Shown here: positions 11,696 through 20,313 of the stretch, one piece after another | Layout of the letters: the number at the start of each line of letters is the position of its first letter | How positions within the stretch are numbered: position 1 is the stretch's first letter | Assembly: GCA_018663485.1 (NCBI GenBank) | Contig: JABJQI010000180.1 | Location: forward strand, 1-41,714 | Reading direction: 5' to 3' | DNA: 41,714 nt | Source: Opitutia bacterium | Lineage (GTDB): Bacteria; Verrucomicrobiota; Verrucomicrobiia; Opitutales; Coraliomargaritaceae | Notes under the pieces: model-generated | Databases searched by the model: none | Seen by the model: only the letters and a program-made list of their open reading frames with translations | What the model was told of the DNA's origin: nothing | Translations under genes and position numbers: made by a program

Positions 11696-12159
11696 TGAAT
11701 CGAGATGAAGTTAAGGTTCTGCTGCACCATCGTGAGCCCTATTTAATGGTCGATCGTATTGATGTGCTGACTGCCCACACTGTGACAGGGGTGAAGGTGC
11801 ATCGCGGCGATGAAGCGTATTTGGCTGGCCATTTTCCGGGTGCTCCAGTTGTGCCAGGGGCAATGTTGCAAGAGCTCTGCACGCAGTCCGCTGCTGCCTT
11901 AATTACTAAATACTATGCGCCAGTAGAGAACTACGATAGTGAGCAAACAAAAGGTCACGCATTAGGTGTGGTCAGCAAAGTCGCTTATGCTAAATATATG
12001 GGCATCGTGAAGCCAGGGCGCGAAGTGTTTGCTCAGGTCGATATCACCGAACGACTGGGCCCATTGTTTAAGTTTAAGGCTAGGGTGCTGCAAGATGGTC
12101 GTGTTAAGGCGAAGCTGATGTTTACTCTGATCAATCTAAGTGATGAGCATTTGTTATAA
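11692..12159 (+). CDS. FabZ/FabA-family hotdog 3-hydroxyacyl-ACP dehydratase
   Basis: LHHREPYLMVDRI and GHFPGAPVVPGAMLQE (catalytic His and Glu); ATGA overlap with the DUF2071 gene. Confidence 0.85.
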   Translation: MMNRDEVKVLLHHREPYLMVDRIDVLTAHTVTGVKVHRGDEAYLAGHFPGAPVVPGAMLQELCTQSAAALITKYYAPVENYDSEQTKGHALGVVSKVAYAKYMGIVKPGREVFAQVDITERLGPLFKFKARVLQDGRVKAKLMFTLINLSDEHLL

Positions 12160-12352
12160 AATCTGCACGCAGCCTGATTTAAATTGCTAGAATGATGCTG
12201 GTTTCGGTGCGTAGGTCGCTGCCGTTTTCCACACAGTTCTTTGCCAAAAAGTGCTTGGCGTCAGCAATCCATGTTGAGGCGCAACGCGTTAACCAGTGAA
12301 GTTACCTAGTGTGCAAAAAGTCACTCATTTGCGCTCCAGCGACGTATGCGAT

Positions 12353-13069
12353 TCAGCGCCGATTAATCCACGCTTCACTTTCAAATCGTTCACGCTCTTG
12401 TTGAATGCGGGGCCTGTTGAACAAGGTGCGCAGGTCTTCGATGGTGCCGATAGGGGTCGTGAGTTGGTTGGCGAGGGCTTGTTGGAAGGCTTCGGCGAAG
12501 GTGTGGTAATCGAACTCGCAGGGCAGTGCGCCACGGTCTATTGAGCCTTGCAGAAGTAAGCCCTCGCGCGCGCGCTTCATCGCGGCTCCAGCGATTTTTA
12601 TGCCATCAGGGCGAGTTACGTCGTTTGCGGTGGGTTGTAGGAAGCACTGTTCGGGGGCGTCGAGCGCGGCAGGTGTTTTGTCGCATTGGCGTGGGCACGG
12701 TGCGAGTTCGGTGCGGATAGACTGAGCTTGGAACGCCAGCTGCATGCAGCGATGGATGGTGGCATAGAGTTCGGTGGCAGGTGCATGGGCCGCAGGCAAG
12801 TCGGTTTGCAGTGCGAGGGCATAGGTCCAGTCGTTGCGGTGATCGACGATGCCGCCGCCAGTGAGTCGTCGGCAGAGTTGCAGATCTTCGGGGAAGGCAG
12901 CCCTAACTTCGGCACTGTGTTGAGTGTAGCCAAAGGTGATGGCTGGCTCAGACCATCCGTAATGGCGAAATGCGGCAATACCGACTGGTAGGGTGTAGAG
13001 CAGCGAAGCGTCAATGGCCATGTTGGTCACGGCGTCGCCAAAGGCGTTAGGTAAAATAATAAGCGGCAC
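12353..13069 (-). CDS. Lipoate-protein ligase A / octanoyltransferase family protein
   Basis: NMAIDASLL, RRLTGGGIVDH, CF....ND, KIAGAA, LLLQGSI motifs. Confidence 0.9.
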   Translation of the reverse strand: MPLIILPNAFGDAVTNMAIDASLLYTLPVGIAAFRHYGWSEPAITFGYTQHSAEVRAAFPEDLQLCRRLTGGGIVDHRNDWTYALALQTDLPAAHAPATELYATIHRCMQLAFQAQSIRTELAPCPRQCDKTPAALDAPEQCFLQPTANDVTRPDGIKIAGAAMKRAREGLLLQGSIDRGALPCEFDYHTFAEAFQQALANQLTTPIGTIEDLRTLFNRPRIQQERERFESEAWINRR

Positions 13070-13081
13070 AGTTGGTAGGGG

Positions 13082-13996
13082 CTAGCAATCGGTCGAGCGC
13101 AGCGGCTCGACGAGGGTGAGTTCTTCGAGCTGCTCTTCGAAAGTAGTCGGCTTTGTTTTGAGCTTACTGACAATCGGATGTAGGTTGAAGGTCAGGTTGC
13201 TTGGGCGATTAGCGAACTCTGGATCATCGTATTTACAGACCGATTGCACGCTATTGAGCGGCAGGTCGAAATGCTGCAAGATGCGTTGCCCCATTTCGAA
13301 GCGGCTCATGGTTTCTGCGCCGGCCCAATGAAAAATGCCGTGTAGGTCGCGCCGCTCAGTGAGTTCAAGTAGCACTTCGGCGACGTTGGAGGCCGAGCAA
13401 GGTTGGCGAATTTCGTCACAGAAGAGCTTGGGCTGTTCGCCGCGTGCGACCGCGGCGAGGAGTTTTTCGTGTGCGCTGCGTTGGCCGTTGATACTATTGC
13501 CCATCAGGATGGGGATGCGCAGGACGACGGGGTCTTCTGGGTTGTGCTCAAGCACTTCACGTTCAGCCATTAGCTTTGTCTGCCCGTAGAGATTGGCTGG
13601 GCAGGGCATGTCGGTGGAGCGGTAGGGCTCGGCCGAGTGCCCATCGAATACCATGTCAGTCGAAATGTGGAGGAGACGGGCACCAAGGTGTGTTGATAGC
13701 TGCGAGAGGTGGCGCGGTAGGGCGACGTTGATCTTCTCGGCCAGTTTGGGGTCGGCATCGACGTCGATGGGCGAGGAGATTGCGGCGCAATTAACGATGG
13801 TGTCCGGCCAAAGTTCGAGAGCGAGAGCAGTGATTCTATCTAGCTGTTGTGCGTCAATTTGAATGCTTTGTTCAATGCCGCGCGCGACGGGCTTTGTGGT
13901 GTTATAAAGTGCAATGACTTTATGCCCGCGGCGGATGGCGGCTTCTGCGTAGGCATTTCCGAGCAGGCCTGAGGCTCCAGTAAGTAGAATTTTCAT
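13082..13996 (-). CDS. dTDP-4-dehydrorhamnose reductase (RmlD)-like SDR
   Basis: MKILLTGASGLLG, NCAA, HISTDMVFDG, YGQTK (YxxxK), DEIRQP. Start placed at ATG 13996. Confidence 0.85.
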   Translation of the reverse strand: MKILLTGASGLLGNAYAEAAIRRGHKVIALYNTTKPVARGIEQSIQIDAQQLDRITALALELWPDTIVNCAAISSPIDVDADPKLAEKINVALPRHLSQLSTHLGARLLHISTDMVFDGHSAEPYRSTDMPCPANLYGQTKLMAEREVLEHNPEDPVVLRIPILMGNSINGQRSAHEKLLAAVARGEQPKLFCDEIRQPCSASNVAEVLLELTERRDLHGIFHWAGAETMSRFEMGQRILQHFDLPLNSVQSVCKYDDPEFANRPSNLTFNLHPIVSKLKTKPTTFEEQLEELTLVEPLRSTDC

Positions 13997-14064
13997 AAGT
14001 GTGGAATGCTGGTTTTTGTTGCAATTGGTCTCTGTCAAGGCAAGTTCAAAGCCCAATTATATAA

Positions 14065-15180
14065 ATGAAATACGCTGAACTCGCGAATGCCGGAGTGCAT
14101 ACACAGCCGGTCTATGAGCCCGGAAAACCAATCGAAACGGTCGCAAATGAATATGGGCTCGATCCTGCAAGCATTGCTAAGCTGGCCTCGAATGAGAATC
14201 CGTTTGGCCCTTCGCCTAAGGCAATAGCCGCTGGAGTAGAGGCGTTGAAAAGCTCGCACCTGTATCCGGATGGAGGATGTCAAGAGTTGCGACAAAAGAT
14301 CGCCGAGCAGCATGGTGTCTCAACAGAGTCGATTTTAGTCGGTAATGGCTCGAATGAAATTATCGAACTATTAGGGCATGCGTTCTTACGGCCAGGGCTG
14401 GAAGTGGTTGTGGGGGCGCAGGCCTTTATCGTCTACAAGTTGGTGACCGAGTTGTTTGGTGCGACCCCAGTTGAAGTGCCGATGGTAGACTTTGGCCACG
14501 ATTTGGACGCAATGTTGGCGGCAGTGACGGAGAGCACGCGACTGTTATTTGTGGCGAGTCCAAACAATCCGACTGGAGTGGCGAATGCGGCGGCTGATTT
14601 GTTGAAGTTGGCAGAAAGCCTACCAGAGCATGTGATCCTTTGTTTAGACGAGGCGTATGCAGAGTATTTAGACGAGGCGCCGGATTTGTCGGCGGCGATT
14701 CATACGGGGCGAAAAGTCGTGTGTATGCGTACGTTTTCGAAGATTTATGGGCTCGGTGGCTTGCGGGTTGGCTATGCGTATGGTGACCCAGAGTTGATCG
14801 CGCTGTTGCATCGAGTGCGTCAGCCATTTAATGTGAACGCGGTGGCGCAGGCGGCCGCGACTGCGGCACTGGATGATTTAGAGTTTGTTGCAATGTGCCG
14901 AACCGAGAACGAAATGGGGCGTCAGGTGCTCTGCGAGGGTCTTACGGCACTTGGCTTTAAGACGGTTGGCGGCGCGGCGAATTTTGTGCTGAGTCGGGTC
15001 GGCAGGGGCACGGTGGTGTTTGAAGCGCTGCAGCGACGCGGATTGATCGTGCGCCCTTTGGCGCCTTATGGAATGGCTGATTTTGTGCGCATCACGATTG
15101 GCCGGGCGGAGGAGAATGAACGACTACTCGGCGCTTTGCGTGAGTTAATTGAAAGTGGTGAGATCGAAAAAGTCCGATGA
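14065..15180 (+). CDS. hisC: Histidinol-phosphate aminotransferase
   Basis: KLASNENPFGPSP, GNGSNE, SPNNPTG, DEAYAEY, PLP-lysine RTFSKIYGLGGLRVGY. Confidence 0.95.
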   Translation: MKYAELANAGVHTQPVYEPGKPIETVANEYGLDPASIAKLASNENPFGPSPKAIAAGVEALKSSHLYPDGGCQELRQKIAEQHGVSTESILVGNGSNEIIELLGHAFLRPGLEVVVGAQAFIVYKLVTELFGATPVEVPMVDFGHDLDAMLAAVTESTRLLFVASPNNPTGVANAAADLLKLAESLPEHVILCLDEAYAEYLDEAPDLSAAIHTGRKVVCMRTFSKIYGLGGLRVGYAYGDPELIALLHRVRQPFNVNAVAQAAATAALDDLEFVAMCRTENEMGRQVLCEGLTALGFKTVGGAANFVLSRVGRGTVVFEALQRRGLIVRPLAPYGMADFVRITIGRAEENERLLGALRELIESGEIEKVR

Positions 15181-16475
15181 GTGGGGCGTGGATTAACTTT
15201 CTCGTCTCATTGAGCGCGGTAGTGCTGATGTTAGTGCTGCATGCCTTTCTGGTGATGTGCGAAATCAGTTTGGTGAAGTTCCGCTACGGCGGAGGCAGTG
15301 TTCAAGCGCTGGAGCAATTAAAGCGCCGCCGTGGCATTGCTCGCCTGATGGACAAGAGCGATCAGACTGGGCGTGCGGTTCGTTTTAGTAAGACGCTTTG
15401 CACGGTCGCGGTGGGCTTATTGCTGATGCCGCTGGTGAGCGATTTTTTTGGCCTGTTCGAGTCGGCTCAGGTGCCAGAGCGCTGGTTGGTGGTGTTGTTG
15501 TCTTTTGTGTGTGCGACATCGGTGCATTTTCTGTTTGCTGAGATCTTTCCACGCGGGCTAGCGATGCGCGATCCGGTGAAAGCGATTCAATGCTCTTATC
15601 GGGTGTTGTGGGTCTTTCAGATCTTAACCTGCCCTGGAATGCTTTTTTTTCGTGGCCTGAAGCGAATTCTGTTTCGCCGCCTCGGTGTCGACGTCGATGA
15701 TGAGCTGAATCCTCTAGATTTGGACGTGCAAATTCGAGCGATGGGTGAGGACAGTCACGAGCTGTCGCCAGTGGTGCGGAAGATTGTGAACCGAGCCTTG
15801 CAGATGCAGGAGTTGGTCGTTCAAGACGTGTTGCTACCGCGTAGTCAGGTGGTCATTTGTGATCTAGAAGAAAACGTTCAGGCGAATCTTAAAGTGATGA
15901 AGGAGGCGGGGCATACGCGTTTCCCGTTGTGCCGAGGGAGCCTCGATGACTGTGTCGGGATCCTTCACATTAAAGACATGTTTCGCCTGAGTGGGGCACT
16001 AGCCGCGGATGATTTAGTAAAGCTGAAACGCAATGTTGCGACCTTTGAGTTGGAGACACCCTTAGAGACCGCTTTAGAACGCATGTTGCGAGCGAAGTTC
16101 CACATGGCGTTGGCTGTGGATGAATTCGGTGGCATCGTTGGCGTTGTCACCTTCGAGAGTATACTTGAAGAACTCGTGGGGGAGATCCAGGACGAATTCG
16201 ATAGCGAAGAGGACCAGATCCGCGCGATACGAGCGCCGCATACCTATCGCATTTCTGGGCTAACGCCTATTCATGATCTTGAGGAGGCACTCGGTATTGA
16301 GATCGAGAATGACGAGGTATCGACTTTCGGCGGGTTGATTACCGGCGAGATGGGGCGCATCCCTGCGCGTGGAGATACCTTGTCGCTTGCTGGAATGCGG
16401 ATTACAATTGATGAAGTCGACGAGCGTCGTGTGATTGCAGTTCGGGTGGTTTGTAATCAAAGCGCATCTTCGTAA
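15177..16475 (+). CDS. Hemolysin-like CNNM/CBS/CorC domain protein
   Basis: N-terminal TM CNNM region (AEIFPR), CBS pair (HTRFP, VDEFGGIVGVVT), EELVGEIQDEFD, C-terminal CorC_HlyC domain. Confidence 0.92.
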   Translation: MSGAWINFLVSLSAVVLMLVLHAFLVMCEISLVKFRYGGGSVQALEQLKRRRGIARLMDKSDQTGRAVRFSKTLCTVAVGLLLMPLVSDFFGLFESAQVPERWLVVLLSFVCATSVHFLFAEIFPRGLAMRDPVKAIQCSYRVLWVFQILTCPGMLFFRGLKRILFRRLGVDVDDELNPLDLDVQIRAMGEDSHELSPVVRKIVNRALQMQELVVQDVLLPRSQVVICDLEENVQANLKVMKEAGHTRFPLCRGSLDDCVGILHIKDMFRLSGALAADDLVKLKRNVATFELETPLETALERMLRAKFHMALAVDEFGGIVGVVTFESILEELVGEIQDEFDSEEDQIRAIRAPHTYRISGLTPIHDLEEALGIEIENDEVSTFGGLITGEMGRIPARGDTLSLAGMRITIDEVDERRVIAVRVVCNQSASS

Positions 16476-16504
16476 GTGCGTGCGGGGCTTTGCGCAAGCC
16501 GCTT

Positions 16505-18181
16505 CTAGGAGGCGTCCATCGTCTGTAGGCTTTGCGCCGCACTCTCGCGTAAGATTGCGCTGAGCTGGAGTAGTAAGCTCTCGCGGCTTGGAGTAAAAAT
16601 GAAGCGGTCGCTGCCAAGTTTAGTATAGGCATCGACGATTATCTCCATCTGTGGGCGACGCATTTGTAAAAGGCGAGTCAGCAGGTGATTGAGGTTTTCG
16701 GTGTTGCCTAGCTCTAGCTCGACTCTGATGAGTTCAGATAGAATCTTTTGATTCCCCGGTGTCCGTTGCATGGCTGTGTTCAGAATTTTCCGTGCTTGTG
16801 GGGTCCTATCTATGTTTAAAAAGCGACGAGCGACTGCGAGGTAAGTCTGTGGAGGGTTGTTGGCCTCGTCGATAAAGTGCTGTAGGTAAATTTCTCCCAA
16901 GTCTGGGCGGCTGGTCCCATAAGATGCAACGGCTCGCAGGCTGTTGAAGATGGCCCATCGTTGTGTCAGCCAGCTTGGACGTTCTTTGAGCAATTCTTCG
17001 GAGAAGCTGAGCGCGCCCTCGTAATCTTTGCTTACTAGATGGGATTCGATCAGCAGTAGCGCGAACGCATCCACGGCGAATTCGTTCTCCAGCGCTTCTT
17101 CGTAAGTGCGGCGGGCGAGATCGATGTTACCGGTGTCTGCAGCAAAGTTTGCGAGTGCTTGGAGCGCACTTTCATCGTCGCGGAATTGCTTCAGCATGCG
17201 TTGTGTTTCGCGTTGTTCGCGATCGAAATCTTCGGATTTGTTGTAAATGTAGAGCAATTCTAAGCGTGGAGCTGCGCTGAGTGGATCTTTGACATTACGG
17301 AGAATTGCATAGCGGCGTGCTGTATCGATCTCGCCTATTTCGCGATGATAGCGACTGAGCTGCATGAGGAGCGGCTCGGAATTTGGGAATCGACTCAGTG
17401 AATACTCCAACTTTGTGATCGCGGCGATTTGATTGCCGCGATCCCAACTGATTTGGGATGAAAGTAGCAGGCCTTCCAGAGACTCAACCAAGTTGTATGC
17501 GATGAGGTAGTCATCGGCTTGGTCGTAGTTGCCGCGTAAGTAGTTGGCATTGGCTGCGCCGAAAGCCAGAGTGCGATTGATGTCGGTTAGGTCAGGCTCT
17601 TCTGGGAGGTATTTATTGCTAAGCTCTTGAATTTGCTCATCCATCTGGTTGCGCAGTAACACGCGTAAGGTTTGCTTGAGATAATCGAGGTCTTCAATTC
17701 CTCCGCGTTCCAGACCTTTAACCATCAGATCCGCGGCCACGTCCGGGCGCTTAATTGCCAGCTCATAGAATTCTGCCAGAACCCGACGGCCTTCTAAATT
17801 TGAGGGAGAGCGAGTGACGCCGAGGCGCAAGAGGCGCAGGGCGTCGCGGTAGTTGCCCTTTTTTACTTCTTCAAGGCCCCGCTTGACGTGGTAGTTTCCC
17901 ATCTCTTCGCGGTGTTCTTGGATGCGAAAAGGCAGGCTAATCATGCCCGTAATGGTAACCTCATTAAACTCTTTTTTGTATTTAAAATAGCAGAAGAGAG
18001 CCCCTGCCGTTGCGATCCAACCGGCAATGAATAAAACCAATAGAGTCGAGAGTATGCGCCCCCAGCGCACCTCGATGTGTATACGACCATCGGCTCCTTT
18101 ACTTTGCGTGACAAACCCGAATAGAATCGGCTTTTCGCGATAAGCTTGGGTATGGGGCGATCTTCTATTTTTGTGACTCAT
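16505..18181 (-). CDS. Membrane-anchored tetratricopeptide-repeat protein
   Basis: One N-terminal TM helix followed by all-alpha TPR-like repeats. Start uncertain (ATG at 18181, 18202 or 18208). Confidence 0.75.
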   Translation of the reverse strand: MSHKNRRSPHTQAYREKPILFGFVTQSKGADGRIHIEVRWGRILSTLLVLFIAGWIATAGALFCYFKYKKEFNEVTITGMISLPFRIQEHREEMGNYHVKRGLEEVKKGNYRDALRLLRLGVTRSPSNLEGRRVLAEFYELAIKRPDVAADLMVKGLERGGIEDLDYLKQTLRVLLRNQMDEQIQELSNKYLPEEPDLTDINRTLAFGAANANYLRGNYDQADDYLIAYNLVESLEGLLLSSQISWDRGNQIAAITKLEYSLSRFPNSEPLLMQLSRYHREIGEIDTARRYAILRNVKDPLSAAPRLELLYIYNKSEDFDREQRETQRMLKQFRDDESALQALANFAADTGNIDLARRTYEEALENEFAVDAFALLLIESHLVSKDYEGALSFSEELLKERPSWLTQRWAIFNSLRAVASYGTSRPDLGEIYLQHFIDEANNPPQTYLAVARRFLNIDRTPQARKILNTAMQRTPGNQKILSELIRVELELGNTENLNHLLTRLLQMRRPQMEIIVDAYTKLGSDRFIFTPSRESLLLQLSAILRESAAQSLQTMDAS

Positions 18182-18294
18182 TTCAATTGGGGTAAAAGTC
18201 ATATTCATGACATTTTTTTTACATCTACACAAGCCCAAAGAATGTCACTTTTTTAATTGCAGCTAGCGAACGAACAGTTCATTCATGAATCGTT

Positions 18295-18351
18295 AATTCT
18301 TTCCCCATTTTTTTCAAAGCGCGACTTCGCAAATTCTTTCCCCATTTTTTT
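18295..18351 (+). repeat. Perfect 20-bp direct repeat AATTCTTTCCCCATTTTTTT (two copies, 37-bp period)
   Basis: Copies at 18295-18314 and 18332-18351, 17-nt spacer CAAAGCGCGACTTCGCA. Confidence 0.9.
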
Positions 18352-18356
18352 TGTAT

Positions 18357-19592
18357 ATGAATATTAAACATTTATTACCTACAACGGCAATCCTATCCTT
18401 TGTTAGTTTTTCTATTGTCGTGCAAGCTGCACCACTTGTTTCGATTGGTGACAATGTAGATGTTTTTTTTAACGGTTCGTCTTCGGTTCAGTGGCAGTCC
18501 AATGTGTTTTACGATGACGCAGACGAGCAGGATGATATTAGATTCACAGTTTCGCCTGGTTTTGAAGTCAATGTCGGCCGTGGCCTGTCTAACCTAGACC
18601 TGAGTATCGTAACGCGGTATGACATTGTCCGTTATGATGAGCTGTCTGATTTGGACAGTGAACAGTTTCATATCAAGGCGATTAGTTCATATCGAAGCAG
18701 TCGTTGGGATGTGGATGGTCTGGTCAGCTACGATGAGCAACAGTCGAGTGGTAAGGATGGAAATACCAATCAGAAGGGGCAATTAACTCAGTCGGAGAAC
18801 ATCCGAGCCAATTTGAATGGGGAGTATCGCTTATCGCCTAAGTTCAGTGTGGGGTCTGGAGTCAATTACTCAGACAAGCAATATAAAGATCAGGAGAGCT
18901 TGGCGGACCGTGTGTCCTTCACGGTTCCAGTCGATATCTTTTATGAGCTCACGCCAAAGGTTGATTTAAGTGTCGGGTATACACATACTTCGACTGATGT
19001 TGGTGAAACTAATATTGGAGATACTGTAAATGGTCGCGAAGTGAGTAGCTATGACAAAACGGGGCATTTCTTCAATATCGGTGCGCGTGGCGAGTTGCTC
19101 CCGAAATTGTCCGGGTTCTTTAAGTTCGGCTATCGCACCTCTGATTCGGATGATTCAACTATTCAGACTGTCACAGGTGGTACTCCGGACTTGCCAACGA
19201 GCACCAATCGCGATTCTCGTGGCACGGTGGGCTTAGATGCAAACTTTACTTACGCAGCCACCCCAAAGTTAACAACCGCATTTGCGCTGCACCGTGGCTT
19301 CGGTGTTGGTGGAGAGGGGCAGGGGACGACGACCACGAGGGCAAACTTAAGCGCGAACTATGCGATTAATAGCAACTATTCTGCGAGTGCAAACTTCGGT
19401 TATACATTGCGTGAGTATGAAGCAGCAGATCGCGAAGATAATGTGTACAGTACCGGCGTCCGTTTGTCTTATGTGCCGAATCGATATTGGCGTTTCAGTA
19501 CTGGCTACAATTATTCTGAAAATGATTCTAATGCTCCGGGCCAGGGCTACGAGGCGCATAGTATTGTTCTGTCTGCATCACTTCGCTACTAA
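18357..19592 (+). CDS. Outer membrane beta-barrel protein (polysaccharide-export associated)
   Basis: Signal peptide, amphipathic beta strands, C-terminal BAM signal (SASLRY), first gene before wza/wzc. Confidence 0.85.
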   Translation: MNIKHLLPTTAILSFVSFSIVVQAAPLVSIGDNVDVFFNGSSSVQWQSNVFYDDADEQDDIRFTVSPGFEVNVGRGLSNLDLSIVTRYDIVRYDELSDLDSEQFHIKAISSYRSSRWDVDGLVSYDEQQSSGKDGNTNQKGQLTQSENIRANLNGEYRLSPKFSVGSGVNYSDKQYKDQESLADRVSFTVPVDIFYELTPKVDLSVGYTHTSTDVGETNIGDTVNGREVSSYDKTGHFFNIGARGELLPKLSGFFKFGYRTSDSDDSTIQTVTGGTPDLPTSTNRDSRGTVGLDANFTYAATPKLTTAFALHRGFGVGGEGQGTTTTRANLSANYAINSNYSASANFGYTLREYEAADREDNVYSTGVRLSYVPNRYWRFSTGYNYSENDSNAPGQGYEAHSIVLSASLRY

Positions 19593-19620
19593 ATTTGAAC
19601 TTCCCCTTGTCCTTCGGGTC

Positions 19621-19648
19621 AAAATGCCTCTCTTCAGAGGCATTTTTT
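19621..19648 (+). terminator. Intrinsic terminator-like hairpin between barrel gene and wza
   Basis: AAAATGCCTCT-CTTC-AGAGGCATTTT followed by TT. Confidence 0.7.
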
Positions 19649-19653
19649 AATTT

Positions 19654-20295
19654 ATGAAACACTTACTCTCTTCACTCGTACTCTATTTGTTGTTCTGCAT
19701 TGCAGCCCTGTCGGGACAAGATGCTGGCGCTAGTGGTGCCGATTCTTCCTCGTCGAGTAGTCCGAGCGGTGCGGTCGGTATGGTTGTTGGAAGTAACTAC
19801 GTGCTTAAAATTTCGGACGTACTTGAAATCGACATATACAAGGAGCCTGACTTAAATAAGTCAGTCCGCATTGAAGGAGACGGCACAGTATCCTTGGCAT
19901 TGGTCGGCAAGGTCAAGTTAGCGGGGATGACGGTAGAAGAGGGCAAGTCATTGATCACTGATTTATATAATCGTGATTACTTGGTGGATCCGCAAATTTC
20001 ATTGTTGGTGGTGTCTTTTTCGCCTAAAGTACTTCATATTCTCGGTTCAGTAGGCCGCCCAGGCGTGGTCCAGATACCACCAGATCGTGATTTAACTCTA
20101 ACCGAAGCCCTATCTAAGGTCGGTGGTGTAACGCGCATGGGGAATCCCAAGGCGATTAAGATTAAGCGGGTAGATCAAGATGGGCGCACGAGGCAGATGG
20201 AGGTAAACTTCTCCAAGATTGTACAAGATTCAGACGTGAAAGATCTAGTGTTAAACGAAGGCGATACGATTTGGGTGCCTGAAAGAATTATCTAA
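19654..20295 (+). CDS. Polysaccharide export protein (Wza/OPX-like; Poly_export + SLBB)
   Basis: Y.L...D.LEI.IYKEPDL, RIEGDGTVSL.LVG.V..AG.T, YLVDPQIS, LGSV.RPG, L.EGDTIWVPER. Confidence 0.92.
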   Translation: MKHLLSSLVLYLLFCIAALSGQDAGASGADSSSSSSPSGAVGMVVGSNYVLKISDVLEIDIYKEPDLNKSVRIEGDGTVSLALVGKVKLAGMTVEEGKSLITDLYNRDYLVDPQISLLVVSFSPKVLHILGSVGRPGVVQIPPDRDLTLTEALSKVGGVTRMGNPKAIKIKRVDQDGRTRQMEVNFSKIVQDSDVKDLVLNEGDTIWVPERII

Positions 20296-20313
20296 TTTGC
20301 ATTAAGAATACCT

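Noticed and set aside
12160-12352. Gene remnant or sRNA between the convergent fabZ-like and lipoate ligase genes
   Set aside because: A 40-codon open stretch on the minus strand has no convincing start or recognisable homology, and no convincing structure was found.
18295-18351. Direct repeat with spacer as a mini-CRISPR
   Set aside because: Only two 20-nt low-complexity units, a 17-nt spacer and no cas genes.
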